Positions 10,830 to 21,399 of a DNA stretch of 64,000 nucleotides are shown here, piece by piece. The first letter of the stretch is position 1; each line of letters begins with the position of its first letter. The notes beneath the pieces were generated by a model. The model was not told the DNA's origin and made no database searches. It worked only from the letters and a program-made list of their open reading frames with translations. Origin of the DNA: Octopus sinensis. Taxonomy: Eukaryota. The DNA lies in assembly GCF_006345805.1 (NCBI RefSeq), contig NC_043024.1:16306001-16370000 (forward strand). Reading direction: 5' to 3'. A program made the position numbers and the translations under genes.

Positions 10830-11420
10830 CTGTTCATGGTGAAGGTGAGAGTTGGGGTGGCCTCTGTGCAGAAACAGTCTGAACACAGACAGATGTTAAA
10901 GGGAAATGACCATGAAAGTGGAAGTGGTGCAAGACCAGGGTGTCATTGCTGAGTCTGATGTCTTGGAGCTACTCAGCGAACAAGTCAGCCAAGCTGCATC
11001 CTGTTTAACCAATGTACAGTGAAGGACAGAGATAGCAGGAGATGCAGTAGATAACATTACTGGAGTCGCAGGTAAAGGAGTTGGTGATGTGACAGGGGTG
11101 GTGGTGGGTGCCAGATAGTGGTGTTAGAGAGGTAGAGGCAGGGGCGACAGCATGGGTGAGAGCAATGGAAAGAGCCAGGCTGGGAGGCAGGGGTAGGGAA
11201 CCAAGGAGGTCATGCAGGTTATGGGCTCATTTGAAGGATGGAAGGGGTGGGTTAAGGAAGATGTGTGAGGTGGAGGGGTCGGACTAGAGTCACCAGAAGG
11301 CTTGGAGAATGGTGCATTAAAAGGGTAAGGTGGAGGGATGGTAGGTGAAGGGAAAGGAGGCAGGTAAGGGTGTGTGTGGTGCGGTGCAAGGAAAGAAAGC
11401 AGTGGCAGAGTCAATGGATC
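10830..11420 (-). pseudogene. Penelope-like element ORF relic: linker, Cys motif and GIY-YIG endonuclease
   Basis: Manual translation: FTYHPSTLP..SDPSTSHIFLNPPLPSFK*AHNLHDLL..PGSFHCSHPCCRPC..FTCDSSNVIYCISCYLCPSLYIG*TGCSLADLFAE*LQDIR..HHF. VIYCI and YIG are the GIY and YIG motifs. Confidence 0.88.
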
Positions 11421-11424
11421 ATGC

Positions 11425-11698
11425 CCAGGCAAGGGCAGTGTGGATAATGGTGAGGGGTTTCGCTTCTCAGACTGGGCGTTGTGTGTGTTTACTGAGCGAG
11501 AACACCTAAAAGCTCTATGAGGCTCCAGTAGGGGGTGGTGGCGACCCCTGTTGTACTCTTTCGCCACAACTTTCTCTCACTCTCTCTTCCTATTTCTTGA
11601 GTAACACTGCAATGGACTGGTGGGAACACATACACCACAGAAAGCTGGAAACCGGGCCCATGAGCCTGGCTAGGCTTCAAAAGGGCAACGTTTATCGT
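11425..11698 (+). mobile_element. tRNA-headed SINE family B
   Basis: ACACCTAAAGCTC..GAGGCTCC..CTGTACTCTTTCACCACAACTTTCTCTC body. Copies at about 35805-36090(-), 38130-38425(-), 40640-40905(+) and 42435-42750(+). Head TGGCCCAGTGG / GTTTCGATTCC is seen in those copies. Confidence 0.8.
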
Positions 11699-11849
11699 TA
11701 TATATATATATATATATAAAATACAGATGAGCATGTATTTGCTTTTCATGTGAAAATGACTTCACTAATTACTTCCGTACTTGTGATGTATAAATAATTT
11801 GCCCTTGGACATATAACAGGGTCTTCATTTGATTTTTTAATTAAAAATT

Positions 11850-12663
11850 TTAAAATATTGTTTTATATTTATGATTCACTTTTTAAAAATGTTTTTCAAT
11901 GTCAACGTCCGATATTGATGTAAAAATGGCAAAGTCTCTCACTCTCTATTTTAATGTTCATTATTTGTAAATGACTACGATAAATTACTGAAAGAAATAT
12001 TTATGAAGTTCACAAATTTAAATATTCGGTACAAGGTACTTTTTAACGTGCTTTTTATTTCTACGATTTTTTCATTCCGTGTTTATCTCATTCATTGTTT
12101 GCAATGTTCTCTCTCTCCCCCCACCACACACATAATCCAAGTTTCATTTCCGTCTTAACTCGCACACTTTGTTAATTTCTGTAAAAAAATTTTAATTTAT
12201 TTTCTTTTTGCACACCAGGTTCAGCTCTATGTATTTGTAGTCAGACAAACATGCACACGTGTGTTTTTGTATGTACATTTGGATACATTTATGTATGTGA
12301 GTGTGTGTGTGTGAATGAAGGGGTGTGCTGTCATGCATATGTACTATGCATACATCATTTTTCTATGTATGTGTGCATGCGTGTGTGAGAGAGAGAGAGA
12401 GTGATGTCTAAGTGGCACTCCCTTGCTCTCTCTTTCTCTCTCTCTCTCACACACACACATACAAGAAAGATGTATACCTATTTATTTATGTATGTACGTA
12501 TACATGACAACAAACCTGTTCACTTGCTCTTTCCCTTTCTCTCTCACAAACACACACGTCCATTTCATCTGATGTTTGGTGTGTGTGTGTGAATATTTTG
12601 CTTTTTTCTTCCAATATACAAGGAAAAATTTCATTCTCGGACAACACCGGGTGCCTCTGCTAG
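11850..12663 (+). mobile_element. Probable non-autonomous Helitron; 3' end clear, 5' end uncertain
   Basis: Subterminal GC hairpin CTCGG-ACAACA-CCGGG followed by CTAG|T at 12660-12664. Same design as 16268-16296. Confidence 0.5.
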
Positions 12664-13263
12664 TATATGTATATATAGAAATTAAAATAAGAGAAAAACG
12701 AAACCAAGGCAGGTTTTAAATGATTCTGATAATCTTGTCCTACCTTGGTTTTGTTTTCCCCTTATTTTAATTTATACCTGCTGACTCAGAAGTCTGCTAT
12801 GGATTACCATTTATAACACTTGTGCAGTGCACCTATTGGTTAAGATCATCAGTGACCTAAACCCTTCCTTTTCACTATATCTATACATAAATACATAATC
12901 AAAATAAGCATTTGTAGTTATGCCTCAAATTCCCCGCGAAAAGCATGCTAAGACTCATTGGAAACGTATGCTGCATAAAATAAAATATTTACTGCCGCAT
13001 AATTAAATTTATAAATTTATAAATGAGGGTGAAAAATTGATATTAATTTAATAATACCATTAATTTAACACCGAGTGGCTTAGCACAAAAAACTAGGGAG
13101 AAAATACAAACTTATACATAAATTATTAGAGAGTTACCACTATGTGGATAGCTCTAGTGCTAAAAATAGCTCCGATAGTATAGCCACAGAAACAATGTTT
13201 CCAACTAGAAATAACATTACATTTAACGGAAGGAAAGTGAAATATAACGAATAAATAGAATGA

Positions 13264-13336
13264 CCCTGAACAATTGTTTCATTACTAATGTCAATGCAAT
13301 TTTACTTACATAGACATCTATAAATCATCAGCAGAG
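13264..13336 (-). ncRNA. Type I hammerhead, canonical core, GUU triplet, long stem II
   Basis: CTCTG | CTGATGA | T-TTAT-A-GATGTC-T-ATGTAA-GTAAAA-TTGCAT-T-GACATT-A-GTAA-T | GAAA | CAATTG-T-T | CAGGG. Confidence 0.78.
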
Positions 13337-13464
13337 GTTTGTCTTAAATACAATTTATTAGACCAATTCGCGGGGAATTTGAGGCATAACTACAAATGCA
13401 ATTGGTTAAATGGCACGTGTATTTGACGCTCGTGTTGGTCTAATAAATTGTATTTAAGACAAAC

Positions 13465-13537
13465 CTCAGCTGATGATTTATAGATGTCTATGTAAGTAAA
13501 ATTGCATTGACATTAGTAATGAAACAATTGTTCAGGG
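13465..13537 (+). ncRNA. Mirror copy of the 13264-13336 hammerhead with one stem I mismatch
   Basis: CTCAG | CTGATGA..GAAA | CAATTG-T-T | CAGGG. A at 13468 breaks one stem I pair. Confidence 0.65.
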
Positions 13538-13893
13538 TCATTCTATTTATTCGTTATATTTCACTTTCCTTCCGTTAAATGTAATGTTATTTCTAGTTGG
13601 AAACATCGTTTCTGTGGCTATACTATCGGAGCTATTTTTAGCACTAGAGCTATCCATATAGTGGTAACTCTCTAATAATTTATGTATAAATTTGTATTTT
13701 CTCCCTAGTTTTTTGTGCTAAGCCACTCGGTGTTAAATTAATGGTATTATTAAATTAATATCAATTGTTCACCCTGATTTATAAATTTATATATATATGT
13801 ATGTGATATATATATATATATATATATATATTTCAACAATCTTCGAGAGGGTATGTTCTTATTTTCAGTGTTTCCAAATCCAAACCAAGGAAT

Positions 13894-13950
13894 TTCCGAG
13901 CCGATGATAGAAATGTTGTTTTGACTAATCTTGAAACGTACGTTCTCGAA
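13894..13950 (+). ncRNA. Hammerhead-like motif with C4 core (CCGAUGA), in a copy (13831-14135) of the 61.8-kb repeat family
   Basis: TTCCGAG | CCGATGA | T-AGA..TCT-T | GAAA | CGTACG-T-T | CTCGAA. ACGTACGT palindrome. Confidence 0.6.
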
Positions 13951-14129
13951 TAACCTTAGCATTTGATTTTTCGATGTCATTACCCCCAAACTTTTGTGAG
14001 TTAAATTATGCAAACACTATATATGAGAGAGATTTTCTTTAAGTATTAGAAATAGCCTTAAAAAGTTTTTTAGCTGCTATTCTAATGAGTTCAGTATGCG
14101 GCAAAGTAATTTATTTTACTAAGCCCTTT

Positions 14130-14177
<48 letters not shown>

Positions 14178-14198
14178 ATATATATATATATATATATG

Positions 14199-14237
<39 letters not shown>

Positions 14238-14241
14238 ATAT

Positions 14242-14291
<50 letters not shown>

Positions 14292-14385
14292 ATATATATT
14301 ATATATATATATATATGTATGTGATATATATATATATATATATCTATATATCTATATATATATATATATATCTATATATATCTCT
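14130..14385. repeat. (TA)n/(TATG) compound microsatellite. Similar long tracts at about 30740-31050, 31700-31950, 33330-33612, 44283-44430, 55435-55820 and 57550-57850.
   Basis: Read directly. These tracts explain the IYIY/YIYI ORFs. Confidence 0.95.
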
Positions 14386-14885
14386 TATTATAAAAGGCAG
14401 ATTTTATCTGCCTCCCTTTGGGAGTTATACAAATCTACAATATAGGATTTCTTCAATTACAATTTACCTAGCATTTTTGAGAGTACAATGCATCGCGTCA
14501 TACCAGGTCCAGTTTTTAAAATTTAAACTCCAATTAAGCAAAATTTACAGAAAACTCACATTCTGGTGTGTGTGTCAAATGCTTTTCTTAGTCTGGTTTA
14601 CACCACACGCAAACGCACGCACACAGTGGGCAACGAATAGAATGAAAGTAATTCACTTACCGTAGTGAGTGATTCTTTCACTCTGCCTCCCACTTCCTCT
14701 TTCCACACATAGACACGCAAATATATAAATAAAATTGTAAGCTAACGTGCATGTGTGTGTGTGTGTGTGTGTGTGCGCGTGTGTGTGTGTGTGTGAGGAT
14801 GCGTGTGTGTGTGTGTGTGCGTGTGCGTGAGTGTGTGAGAGGAAAGTTTTTTACGACGAATATAACACCTATATCCAAGTAGCAG

Positions 14886-15155
14886 AAAGATAAGACAGTA
14901 AGGTGTGATTTGAGGGAGATTTGGCTGCTATTTCTACCATGTCTAGCTGCCATGTAGGGGTCTCCCTCATAGGCTCATACATACATATATACATAGATAA
15001 GACAGTAAGGTGTGATTTGGGGGAAATTTGGCTGCTATTTCTACCAGGTCTAGCTACAATGTAGAGGTCCCCCTCATTGGCTCATATATATATACATACA
15101 TAAGACAGTAAGGTGTGATTTGAGGGAGATTTGGCTGCTGTTTCTACCAGGTCTG
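14886..15155 (+). repeat. Three tandem copies of a unit of about 110 bp (GATAAGACAGTAAGGTGTGATTTGAGGGAGATTTGGCTGCTATTTCTA...)
   Basis: Unit starts near 14888, 14996 and 15099. Confidence 0.85.
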
Positions 15156-15518
15156 TTAGGCCTTCTCATGTAAACTCAAGCTTTCTCATGCCTTGAACAT
15201 AAGACCAAAGCAGAGAATGTATTCTTTTATTCTTCTGCTTTTTCCAGCCATTGGTCTGTGGCCATGCTGGGGCAATGCCTTGAAGAATTGTACTTTAATG
15301 AATCAACTCCAGTTTTATTTTTGTAAGCATTGTACTTATTCTATCTGTTTCCTTTGTCAAACCACTAGGTGACAGGGATGTAAACAAACCAACATTCGTT
15401 GTCAAGCAGTGGTGGAGGACAATCACAAGCACAGACACGCACACACACACACATACATGCAGACACATATACACACATACATACATACATATATATATAT
15501 GTGTGTATATATATATAT

Positions 15519-15775
15519 TGCAGCGTGGAAGGTGTTTGTAAGCCATTTAAAAAGCACACAAAAACCGTTACATTCACTTCAACATTTAAATTTAATTTGC
15601 CAAAATATTTTCGTCGCTTTCAGACCGCGACCTGTTCACTGACAAAAATATCGTGCTAACAGGTCGCGGTCTCAAAGCGACGAAAATATTTTGACAAATT
15701 AAATTTAAATGTTGAAGTGAATCTAACGGTTTTTGTGTGTTTCTTAAATGGCTTATAAACACCTTCAACGCTGCA
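15519..15775. repeat. 118-bp inverted repeat with 21-bp spacer
   Basis: Arms at 15519-15636 and 15658-15775. Confidence 0.92.
15596..15646 (-). ncRNA. Minimal type I hammerhead-like motif with G3-C8 core (GUGAACA)
   Basis: TTTGTCA | GTGAACA | G | GTCGC-GGTCTGAAA-GCGAC | GAAA | ATAT-T-T | TGGCAAA. 7-bp stem I (the other arm reads TGACAAA), 5-bp stem II, AATATT palindrome, UUU triplet. Confidence 0.62.
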
Positions 15776-15941
15776 ACTGTTTTCGTTCCAGCACACGATC
15801 TCAGATCAAGTCACTTGCTATGCAAGTACATCTCTGTAACTATATATATATTGATATATATATATATATATATGTATATGGTAAAAACAGTAAGATAACA
15901 AAAGAAAGAAAGAGACCTCAATATTATGTAAATAGAGGAAA

Positions 15942-16295
15942 TCTTTATATATAAAAGTGAGGTTGTGTGTCTGTCTCCTACGATTTAGATTCCTAACTAC
16001 TCCCACATTTTGCGGTGCAGTTTAACCAAAACCGGGTATCTTATAGTCGTGATTCATATCGAGACCGTCTGGGTATTACCATCAATTTTTCCCATTTTTA
16101 ATCCATTTTTGACATATATAAGGGAAGTAACTCTCTAAAATTTATTATTAAATCTCAGAACGTTAAAAGCTACAGTAACACCCCTCCCCCTTTGTGGTTA
16201 GCCATATTGAGATGGCTATTATACTTTACATCTCTAAAAATGCTTATATAATTATTTCCCTTACAAACCCGAGCAACGCCGGGCGATACTGCTAG
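15942..16295 (+). mobile_element. Short non-autonomous Helitron
   Basis: 5' A|TCTTTATATATAAAAGTG..TGTGTCTGTC; 3' hairpin CCCG-AGCAACGC-CGGG then CTAG|T. Inserted between A and T. Confidence 0.72.
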
Positions 16296-16939
16296 TATAT
16301 ATATATATATATATCTATATATGTATGTTTATATATATGTGTGTGTGTATATATATATGTGTGTATATGTATATATTTGTGTGTCTGTGTTTGTCCCCCC
16401 AACATCGTTTGACAACCAATGCTGGTGTGTTTACATCCCCGTAACTTAGCAGTTCAGTATAAGAGACCGATAAAATAAGTACTAGTCTTACAAAGAATAA
16501 GTCTAGGACCAATAAGCTTGATTAAAGGCGGTGCTCCAGCATGCCCACAGTCAAATGACTGAAACAAGTAAAAGAGTATGTATGTATATATGTATGTATG
16601 TGTGTAATCTTCTACACTGTCTTTTCACCCTTCCTCCCACCCTATCACCTGAAAAGTAAATTATCCTCTCGCTTTTCCTTCTTTCTTTCTCTTTCCCTCT
16701 CTCACAGTAACTTTGCTTTTTTCTTTACCTTTCTTTTCTTTCTTTATTATAATATTATTATATTGTTATTTGTTTACTTAATCTCAATTATAATTTTTTG
16801 TCCTTAATTTCAGTTTTAGGCTTACGTCTGTTAGGTTGTTCAGAAAATACTGTCTGATCTTTCAAAAGCAATTTTTCAAATCCAATTTATGATTTTACTT
16901 TTGTGGTGTTTAAGATGAAATTTTAATAATTGATGAGTA

Positions 16940-17335
16940 CTCTTTAATAAATTTCTACTGAGCGTGACCAATGCTAGAGCCACCAGATTGGCACCTTGCT
17001 GGTGGCATGTAAAAAGTACCATCTGAGCACGGCCAATGCCAGTGCTGCCTGGCAGGCACCCATGCCAGTGGCATATGAAAAGTACCATTCAAGTGTGGTT
17101 GATGCCAGTGCTGCCTGACTGGCACCTGTTCTGGTGGCACGTAAAAAGCACCACTCAAGCATGGCCGATGCCACGTAAAAAGCACCCACTACACTTTCGG
17201 AGTGATTGGTGTTAGGAAGGGCATCCAGCTGTAGAAACTTTGCCAAATCAGATTGGAGTCTGGTGCAGCCTCCCGGCCAGCCAGTTCCCAAGCAAACCAT
17301 CCAACCCATGCCAGTATGGAAAGCAGGCATTAAAC

Positions 17336-17365
<30 letters not shown>
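16940..17365 (+). mobile_element. RTE-associated 3' UTR repeat (family D) with internal repeats and (GAT)n tail
   Basis: GGTGGCACGTAAAAAGCACC repeats, AGGAAGGGCATCCAGCTGTAGAAAC, and CATGGAAAGC..TTAAACGATGATGAT end. Also at about 9240-9420, 26270-26420, 34565-34990, 39070-39710 and 59270-61720. Confidence 0.75.
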
Positions 17366-17367
<2 letters not shown>

Positions 17368-17439
17368 CTTTCAGAACAAAATTTTGAAATGAAGAAATCC
17401 TTAATTTCAAACATGAAAAAAAAAAGAAAAAGAGGAATG

Positions 17440-17735
17440 GCATTTACTTTTTTTACATGAATTCAAGCTTGGCCATAAAGCTTCCCAAACAGCCACCAAT
17501 ATCAACAGAGCATGGGGTGAAGGGTCCACTAGTGATCGGATGGAATGACAGTGGTTTCAGAGAAGAAGATCAAGAAGTACATCCATCCACGCTTGATGTT
17601 CAGCATTTGAAAACAATGCAGCTTCCTGGAACCTAACCAGAGAATTACATTGGAAGTTTGCAACAAGGAACTGGAAGAAATGCCTGCTCACTTGAGCAAA
17701 ATGAGACCTGCACTTGTTAATTGATGTGGTCCAAT
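17440..17735 (+). pseudogene. mariner transposase relic (N-terminal HTH region plus a fused downstream piece)
   Basis: FLHEFKLGHKASQTATNINRAWGEGSTSDR..QWFQ. Confidence 0.7.
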
Positions 17736-18112
17736 TCTTATTTCTTTATTGCCCACAAGGGGCTAAACACAGAGGGACAAACAAGGACAGACAAAGGAAT
17801 TAAGTCGATTACATCGACCCCAGTGCGTAAATGGTACTTAATTTATCGACCCTGAAAGGATGAAAGGCAAAGTCGAACTCAGCAGAATTTGAACTCAGAA
17901 CGTAACGGCAGACGAAATACTGCTAGGCATTTCACCCGGTGTACTAATGTTTCTGCCAGCTTGCCGCCTTCTTTCAGTTTGGTTGGCCTGAGGCTATAGT
18001 AGAAGGCACTTGCCCAAGGTGCCACGCAGTGGAACTGAACCCAGAACCATGTGGTTTGCAAGCAACTTACTTACCACACAGCCACTCCTGCACCTATACG
18101 CTTATATATATA

Positions 18113-18733
18113 ATTAATTAATAAGGGTGAGAGAATTAGATACTAATTTAATGGCATATCTATTCAACACCAAGTGGTCCAGTGCTCCGAGAAACCTGGA
18201 TTATTATAATATTTTGTAATATATTATAATATTTTATACAAAAATAAATATAAGAGAGTGGTCACTATATGGCTCACTCTAGCACTAGTTAATCCAAAAG
18301 GTTTCAACCACAAAAATATATGTTTCCCATGAAAGTCAGTACGATTGTTAGCTCACACGAACAGGGCAAATAAAAAATAACAAAAATACAGATTATTTTG
18401 GGACAATTGTTTCGCTATTATGAATTAAATGTAATTTTACTTACAAAAAAATCCACTTGTAGCTCGTCAGCCAAAACTATCTGGATGAAATCCACTCAAT
18501 CACACGCCAGATTTTACCATAACGATAAATACACGTGTGGTTCAATGATTACATCCGACGTTATAATTCAAATGCCCCTACTAACAGCGCGCCAAACTTT
18601 CACGGAGACAAATACACATTAGAAATAAATGTAGCATAATTATAATTAATTAATAAGGGTGAGAGAATTAGATACTAATTTAATAGCATATCTATTCAAC
18701 ACCAAGTGGTCCAGTGCTCCGAGAAACCTGGAT

Positions 18734-18740
<7 letters not shown>
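18113..18740 (-). mobile_element. Hammerhead-bearing head-to-tail unit, period 532 bp (retrozyme-like or non-autonomous PLE)
   Basis: About 95 bp at 18113-18210 recurs at 18645-18740. The HHR lies between the repeats. Confidence 0.72.
18389..18483 (-). ncRNA. Type I hammerhead, canonical core, GUC triplet, long stem II
   Basis: CAGAT-AG-TTTTGG | CTGACGA | GCTA..GTGGAT..TGTAA-GTAAAA-TTACA..ATTCAT..TAGC | GAAA | CAATTG-T-C | CCAAAA-TA-ATCTG. Predicted cut between 18402 and 18401. Confidence 0.92.
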
Positions 18741-18771
<31 letters not shown>

Positions 18772-18926
18772 TAATTCATCATCATCATCATCATCATCGT
18801 TTAGCGTCCGTTTTCCATGCTAGCATGGGTTATATATATATATATATATATATTTGGTAAAAATGGTAAGATAACAAAAGAAAGAAAGAGACCTCAATAT
18901 TATGTAAATAGAGGAGATTTATCAGT

Positions 18927-19050
18927 AAAATAATATGTGACAATTATTCAATAGCCAGATAACCGAAGAGATGGTGTTGTGGATTTCCACCTCGGCATCT
19001 GAAACTCAGAGTTTTATCTTGGCTACTGAATAATTGTCACATATTATTTT
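18927..19050 (+). ncRNA. Hammerhead-like motif with C4 core (CCGAAGA) closed by an inverted repeat of about 36 bp as stem I
   Basis: ..AGATAA | CCGAAGA | GATG..CATC-T | GAAA | CTC-A-GAG-T-T | TTATCT.. Arms at 18927-18962 and 19014-19050. Confidence 0.55.
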
Positions 19051-19085
<35 letters not shown>

Positions 19086-20394
19086 TTATCCTGTTACAGT
19101 TAACCACCCACCTTGCACATCATTAGTGGTTGCACAATCAGCTTTAAATGTTTACTCATTCAACTGTTGTCTATAAATGCTTATATCTACCCACAATTTA
19201 TAAAATTTTCTTTCTTAGTCTGTATTATCACAGCTGTCCAGTGAACGGTTATGCGAAACTCAATTAACAGTTTGTGAAGTTTTACAGCTTTAATAAAATA
19301 GTGTGTGTGTGTGATGTGCATATATATATATATATAAATATATATACACACACATATATATACATATATAGATATATACGTATAAATATATATCTATATA
19401 TCTAACTATCTACCTATCTATCTATCCGTCTCTCTCTATATGTGTGTGTGTGTGTGTACATACACATACATGTCTGTGTATGTATGTACCCATCTTCTGT
19501 CTATCTATGTATATATATATATTATACACGGTCACATACATATATATGTATAAAATTATTTTGCACACAAGTTAGCTATTGTCAGTATGTAACCCCCTTT
19601 CATCAGAGAAATTAGTATCTTGGGAGAGGACAGCATGCTTAAAGATCAGAGTGTTGAAGTTTATTGACATAAATGTTTTATTTCTCACACCCTGTCTACA
19701 TACAATTGATCTGTACTGGTTACTCTGAACAAGAACTTTCATTTGATGTAATTATTAAACAAAGAATTAACAAAAGATAACGAGCTATACAATAAATACT
19801 ATGTGTAACTAGCAAAAAAATTCCCCAAACACTAAAACACATTCATGTTGCGTCCACATTAAGTTCCATGCAAGACCAATTAATGCTGTTAATTCCTTAT
19901 AGTATTTTACTGATTTCAGTTACTAACAGTGGCCATGCTGCAGCACAATTCTCAATGGGACTTTTCTGAATTATATTGAATGCAGTACTGAAACCATTCT
20001 GGTATTTATTTTATCGATCTATGCTTAGATAATGGCTAAGTTACTTTTTTAAATAATGGGATGTCGCTCATACTCACAATTAGACATACCCTCATTTATA
20101 TGTGTGTGTATGTGTATGCATACAGACACACACACACTCACACATACACACGTGTACACATACCCACACATGTGCACACACACACATTCACTCACACATA
20201 CACACACATGCATACACACTCACACATACACAAACGCACACATACACACATAAATGCACACACTGACATGCACACACGCACAAACAAACTCACACATACA
20301 CACACACTCACACATACAAACACATAAACACACATATACACAGACATAAATGCAAGCCCTGGATATATATCGTATGCAATGGAAGTCTGTAAAT

Positions 20395-20695
20395 GTTTCA
20401 GCAAGACTCCACACCATCGCATAAAGTTTAAGCAACTCAATAATGGATGACTGACAAATTTCATGATTACATCATAACCCCCAACATTTGGCCTCCAGAC
20501 TCACCAAATCCTGATCCATTGGACCACAATGGGTGGAGTGTTTTTGAGAGGTCAATCAGCATCTCATAACCCCAAGGTTTCTTTGAAAGCCACCACCTGT
20601 CCAATATGAACCTGGAGCATTTAATTTGGGCACGTAGATGATCCAGATGTCGCATGGAAGTAGTTATGGATGCTGATGGGGGCTCCATTGAATAA
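20395..20695 (+). pseudogene. Second DD37D/maT-like transposase C-terminal relic
   Basis: QQDSTPSH..ITPNIWPPDSPNPDPLD..RMEVVMDADGGSIE*. Confidence 0.75.
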
Positions 20696-20729
20696 AATTA
20701 TAAAGAAGATAATCTAATTTACATCCTCT

Positions 20730-21095
20730 TATTTGTTTCAGTCATTTGACTGCAGCCATGCTGGAGCAACACCTTTTAGTCAAACAAATCAACCCCAAGA
20801 CTTATTCTTTGTAAGCCTAGTACTTATTTCTATCGGTCTCTTTTACCGAACCACTAAATTATGGGGTTATAAACACACCAACATCGGTTGTCAAGTGATG
20901 GTGATGGTGGGGAAAAACACTGACAAACAAACATAGACATATAAATATATATATATATGACAGGTTTCTTTCAGTTTCCATCTACCAAATCCACTCACAA
21001 GGCTTTGGTCAGTTCGAGGCTATAGTAGAAAACACTTGCCCAAGGGTGCCATGCAGTGGGACTGAACCCAGAACCATGTGGTTGGTAAGCAAACC
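20730..21095 (-). mobile_element. SINE family A
   Basis: Tail and head both match family A. Another full copy lies at 21770-22156(-). Confidence 0.8.
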
Positions 21096-21222
21096 ACCAT
21101 GATCAACAGGCGTGAAAAAAGGTTTTCTTTGTCCTGTCAAAAAGTGATTGATCATCTCCCTTTGACCTATGACCTCAGCCATGTCAGACGAAGTTCAAAT
21201 GGACAGGAGCTGACCTACTTAG

Positions 21223-21399
21223 GTACAAACTCTGTTGCAGTATGTCTGTCCTTCTAGCTGCCACAATTACTATAAATACGGTGGTCGTCAGACAGACCCA
21301 GGAGAAAAAGGCCGAGCAGGCAAACGAGCAATGTCTGTAACATGTCAGGTTTTCAACGACTGCAGAGACCCGAGAGAAATGTTCGGAGTTCCACGGTAG
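21223..21399 (+). CDS. Candidate coding exon of an unknown protein (unconfirmed)
   Basis: CTGAC branch-like site and TTAG| acceptor at 21222. Open frame VQTLLQYVCPSSCHNYYKYGGRQTDPGEKGRAGKRAMSVTCQVFNDCRDPREMFGVPR*. Non-repetitive and CpG-retaining. The opposite strand is also open (21184-21588). Confidence 0.25.
   Translation, partial: VQTLLQYVCPSSCHNYYKYGGRQTDPGEKGRAGKRAMSVTCQVFNDCRDPREMFGVPR

Larger units (their letters stand above)
13011..13790. repeat. 356-bp inverted repeat (13011-13366 / 13435-13790), each arm carrying a hammerhead. A second 33-bp inverted pair lies at 12908-12940 / 13367-13399.
   Basis: Arms are near-identical reverse complements, read directly from the sequence. Confidence 0.92.

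Noticed and set aside
12778-12858. CTGATGA..CTGAGTC relic; similar GAAACTC(T)GAGTAACAG relics at about 19250, 41190 and 54945
   Set aside because: Core or GAAA is too degraded to call; probably dead copies.
14085-14665. [12 protein letters not shown]-type ORFs here and throughout the track
   Set aside because: Dinucleotide microsatellite translations.
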